From: Nemertoderma westbladi
Taxonomy: Eukaryota > Animalia > Xenacoelomorpha
Length of the DNA stretch: 64,000 nucleotides
Reading direction: 5' to 3'
Assembly (NCBI GenBank): GCA_032718475.1
Contig: JAUCBJ010008638.1
Coordinates: forward strand, 1-64,000
Shown here: one piece after another, positions 60,141 through 64,000 of the stretch
How positions within the stretch are numbered: the stretch's first letter is position 1
Layout of the letters: each line of letters begins with the position of its first letter
The notes under the pieces: model-generated
What the model saw: only the letters and a program-made list of their open reading frames with translations
What the model was told of the DNA's origin: nothing
Database searches by the model: none
Position numbers and translations under genes: made by a program

Positions 60141-62482
60141 TCAGAGATCCGTCACGACATCAGCTACCTTCTCGTCCACATAGCTGTGAGATGAGGCTGA
60201 ATCCAGGATAGCGTAGATCCTTTTGCTCCCTTTGGTGCCAGTAATCTTAATAGGAATTACGCTGAAACCTTTTAGTTGGTCAGTCGTCAGAAGCGCGATC
60301 GATGGTTGTTCGTCTCCATCTGAGTATACGTCGTCGTCCTCGGTTTCTTCGTCAGAAGACCCGGATTGCTCTGGGAAATAATCCCGAATATGCGTCACGA
60401 ACGTTGGAGTCGTTCTCGATTCACGATTCTTGTCGGCCGTATTACATTTCGCTGCTGCTTCTGGGTGTTCCCTAGTGAAGCGTTTGGTCGGCGTATGGCT
60501 GTCCGTATGGAGCAAACCGTCGTGGTTGCGTCCACAGGATGGACAAGTGTCCGTATTTGGACAATCTTTGCGGACGTGTCCGTGTTGAGTACACCGCCAA
60601 CAAGAGTCCAATGGCCGTATCTGCAGCCATCGTTCTTCCGAGTTTAACTCGCGAAACAGCTGACAACCTCTTAACTTGTGAGTGGTGTGCCGCTTGCCTA
60701 GCTGCTCGCAGTATTGGCAACCGCTAAAGTCTGCACTCAATTGTTGTCTGGTCTGTTTGATCCCAATAGGTGCGGATACTCTACTACCGTCCAAAAATTG
60801 TCGGGTTTCTGTCGATGTGGCGTAAGTGGCCATCTTGGTGGATGTTGTCTGGGGTTTTTGTCGGTTTGAGGATGGTAAGGTGATTCCTTCTGCTACGATG
60901 TGTTGGTCAGTGTAGTTGGATCGAGTCTCCACTACCGCTTCCCTGGATATTAATAGGTATACATCCTCTAGTTTCAAGAATCCACCCCGTTCTTCCCGCT
61001 GGTATTCGATCTTCCTCCACTCCCGACGAAGTCGATGGTGGAGTCTCCCTATGATCTTTAATAGGACTGTAGGGGTGTTCCCGTAATCGAGTTGTCCAAT
61101 AGATCTCAATGTAGTGATAGTGTTTTTTATTTCGTCAGCTAGCTTTAGTAAGTCGACTGGTTTAGTAATAGCCCCCCCTTACAGAGTTCCTCTATCACTG
61201 ACTTGGCCATGCTGACTGTACCTCCGTAGATTGAAGTTAAGCGATCGTACGCTAACTCGAAGGCATCTGGTACACCAACGAAAGTCTCCGCTAAGCGTTT
61301 TGGTTCTCCCGTCAAGGTTTGAAGCAGATAGTTGAACTTTTCCCTTGAGGTAAAAGCGCACGCCGCAATTTGAGATTCGATGTAGTCTACGAACGTGTGC
61401 CAATGTTTAGAGTTACCGGAAAACTTAGGTGGTTGTTGCACCGGTAGTCCTTGTCTGGCTGCGAATTTAGCTATCTCCTCGGCTACATTCAAAGTTTCGC
61501 GTCCTTGGTTGGCAATCGAGTTGATGTTCTCCCGTCTTGGCGCTTTTCTTTGATACGAGGTGGTTTTTGAAGTTATCACTCTTTGCGGTTCCTTCGTGTT
61601 TCTATTGTGTTCGAATTCGGTGTTTCTCGAACTATCAGTTTGAACTTCCTCCAAGCGTTCCTCGATCTGAGCCAACTTGTTAACAACTGTTCGCTTGTTA
61701 ACAACATTCTGTCGCAGAATGTCGGCGAATTGTTGTGTACTGATCGCGTCCTTTGGTTGTAACGCTTTCTGTGTTGGTGTATTTTGTGGAGGATTGTCTA
61801 TAAAGGAATTGTCTGAACGCTCGCATTTATATTCATCGGCCGCTCCCGTTCTAAACACTTCGCGTTCCGGGTAATCCGATTCACTCGAAGTACTACTATC
61901 ACCTGGATACGGTGGCCGACGTGCTCGCGTCCGTTGGGTTGTCCGGATTCTAACATTCCTTTTCGAAACATCGTCTACTGGTTTCCGTCGTTCGGTAGGC
62001 TCGCAGGTCTTCCTCGAAGTCGTAGAATGCGATGTAAACTGGTTAAGCGGTCGCGTATCCACTGGTCTCCGTTGTTCGGTAGGCTCGCAGGTCTTCCTCG
62101 AAGTTGTAGAATGCGATGTAAACTGGTTAAGCGGTCGCGTAATGGCGTTTGAGTCCAAAGTCCTCGTAGGTCTAAACACAGTTGGGTTTACGTTGTGCGT
62201 GACCGGTTTTGGTGTCGACGGTTGACTCCGCTTTCGTCCTTCTGGGCTCCTCTCGGAGGCGCACCCATGAGGCGGACGTGTTTCCACCACCCCTGGGGCC
62301 AGTCCGACTGATGTTATTATCAGACCGGGCCGGATGGTGGCCCGATGCTTCCCGGGTTCTGTTTTCGGTCCCCCGATCACACCGGCACAGCTCGTCGAAC
62401 GTGTAGCCAGATGGGCGGCTACTGTCAACTTACTGTGGCCTGACTGTACATTGAGCCAACTCAAAGTATAACAAAGAGTCAA
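60141..62482 (-). pseudogene. BEL/Pao Gag-protease region (frameshift near 61170, TGA at 60141)
   Basis: PPKFSGN..W..F, REKFNYLLQTLTGEP, CQYC..H..C, CWRC..H..C, CPSC..H..LLH, YAILDSAS; 84-bp internal duplication at about 61975-62140. Confidence 0.85.
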
Positions 62483-63421
62483 CCGGCAGGTGGACCAGTC
62501 GATAGCGATCGAGCACCAAGGTCGCCCTTGGGCCTAACCGACGGTCTTGTCCCACGTGGGCTTGCGCTACCCAACATTGGAATTTTGACACGTTTTCACC
62601 TGCCTCGCCGGCAATATTGAGGGGAAGTAAGTTCCACAAACAATATTGACTAGCTCGAAAGCTAGGAACAAGTAACCACTTACCCGTCCTGTACACGTGT
62701 ACTCAACAGATGCTCACAATATCAAGTACACTACGGTAAACACAAATTCTGACACATACCATGCACACACAGAGGACATAATCGGGTAAGACAAAATCCG
62801 TGTCAAAATCGGGAAAGACAAAATCGGAGGGGACAAAATTGTATCGACCAGCAACAAAAATCGAGAGTACCTTATTTTACCGACAGGGTAAAATAACTTT
62901 GTGTGCACAAAGTATGCTGGGGCGCAGTAAAGTATGGTCCTACTAATACCAGCGGCGTCTGGACCAACTGGCAAGGGTTCCCATACTCACTCGCAGTGGC
63001 CACACATACAATCACGTGCACTCACGTACCCACAGCAACAGAAAGCTCAAAGACCCAGACAGTTTATTCCAATGCCACCAAAGACCAAATCAGCTGAACA
63101 TGGAGACAATAACATATAGTATCAAAAAAACGGAACAGCTGATGGCCAATGGAACCATCCAAGCCCCAAGCAAACTGCCACTGATCGCCCACATACAAAA
63201 CATAGTTCACACCACATAAACCACAAATCACGCCATGCCACCACCCCTACTGTGTACAGGACTGGCAGTACGGCAACAGGCCGACTAGACGGTACCACGG
63301 CACCATGTCGATTCATGGTTCGCTAGACACGAGGGCCTTAAGTATCTCCCTTGCACTTAGACGACAATTTTAACGTGCCCCCAGACCCTCACGAGTCTGC
63401 CGCCGCCTGCTACAGGCACCC

Positions 63422-64000
63422 CTATAGAGACCTCACCTCTTTAGGTACCTGTTTAGTCGTCATTAATGCAGGCCCTGCCAATAAACTACTACGATCTGTA
63501 ATCGGCGGGTTACTTACCTTGACTCTCGGAATAGGCGATGACGTTGCTCTCGGCGGTACAAACTTGTCCGGAATAACATACCTTGCATCGTGTATAGGAG
63601 ATATACTGCTACTACCAGCAATCGAAACAGGTCTTTTATTCGTAATTGGTGCGAACATTGGAGTTACTTGCAGAAATCGTTGACATAAGTCTTTAACCAA
63701 TTCCCGTTCTCGCTCAGGTGCTCCTACGCTTACTTCCTTCATTCGTTCCTGAATTTGACGATGTCTTACCTCTAACCGGTCTAGATCGTGTCCGTCTCGA
63801 GATCTCATTGATCGATCGCGGGCTTGAAGATCCAGATCTTCCTTGGCGTTGGCTAATTCTCTCGCCTTCTTCTCGAGTTCGAAATGAAGTTTAACTTCTT
63901 TCGCGCGTTGTTCCGTCTGTTGTTGTTGCGCCTCGAACTCCGCTAGTCGTATAGCTGATTGAGCCTTTATTTGCCGTTTTTTCATTTCGGCTCTCGCTTC
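63422..64000 (-). pseudogene. Coiled-coil N-terminal gag-like fragment (runs off the window)
   Basis: E/K/R/Q-rich helical segment typical of BEL gag N-termini; same strand, upstream of the gag core. Confidence 0.5.

Larger units (their letters stand above)
51644..64000 (-). mobile_element. BEL/Pao LTR retrotransposon (5' end beyond the window)
   Basis: DUF1759-like gag with three Cys/His knuckles; protease AILDSAS; RT YLPHH/KVRVVND/YVDD; Pao RNase H FDPLG/LHCFSDAS/PRAEL/NPAD; integrase GIDCFGP/SDQGTNF/GGVWERLI; DUF5641-like tail. Confidence 0.93.

Noticed and set aside
60141-60143. Programmed gag-pol readthrough at TGA-C in the BEL element
   Set aside because: The stop falls inside the protease domain and BEL elements usually have one ORF; CGA-to-TGA deamination is more likely.

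Overview
AT-rich invertebrate (metazoan) nuclear DNA with three host genes in a dense patchwork of transposons. The host genes are: (1) an intronless GTF3C2/TFIIIC110-like WD40 gene (7412-10144 +) whose N-terminus carries ZNF512-like C2HC/C2H2 fingers; (2) a two-exon protein disulfide isomerase A6 gene (18131-16249 -) with a perfect ERSE about 2 kb upstream; (3) a multi-exon EGF/cbEGF gene with an unrecognised Cys-rich C-terminus (about 30844-48808 +), reconstructed from splice sites. Retroelements include an RTE LINE, a frameshifted Gypsy element, two CRE-clade RT-RLE LINEs with target-site duplications, a BEL/Pao element and Nin/Deu-type tRNA SINEs. DNA elements include mariner-, hAT-, piggyBac- and foldback-type non-autonomous elements, and there are several minisatellites. 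Three observations stand out. Both CRE elements carry different in-frame tandem-repeat inserts at the same position inside the RT palm. The BEL element carries four copies of a 21-nt hairpin/PPT-junction motif and an extra zinc-knuckle ORF in the env position. The zinc-finger plus TFIIIC110 architecture is also unusual. All family calls come from motif recognition by eye; no database searches were run.
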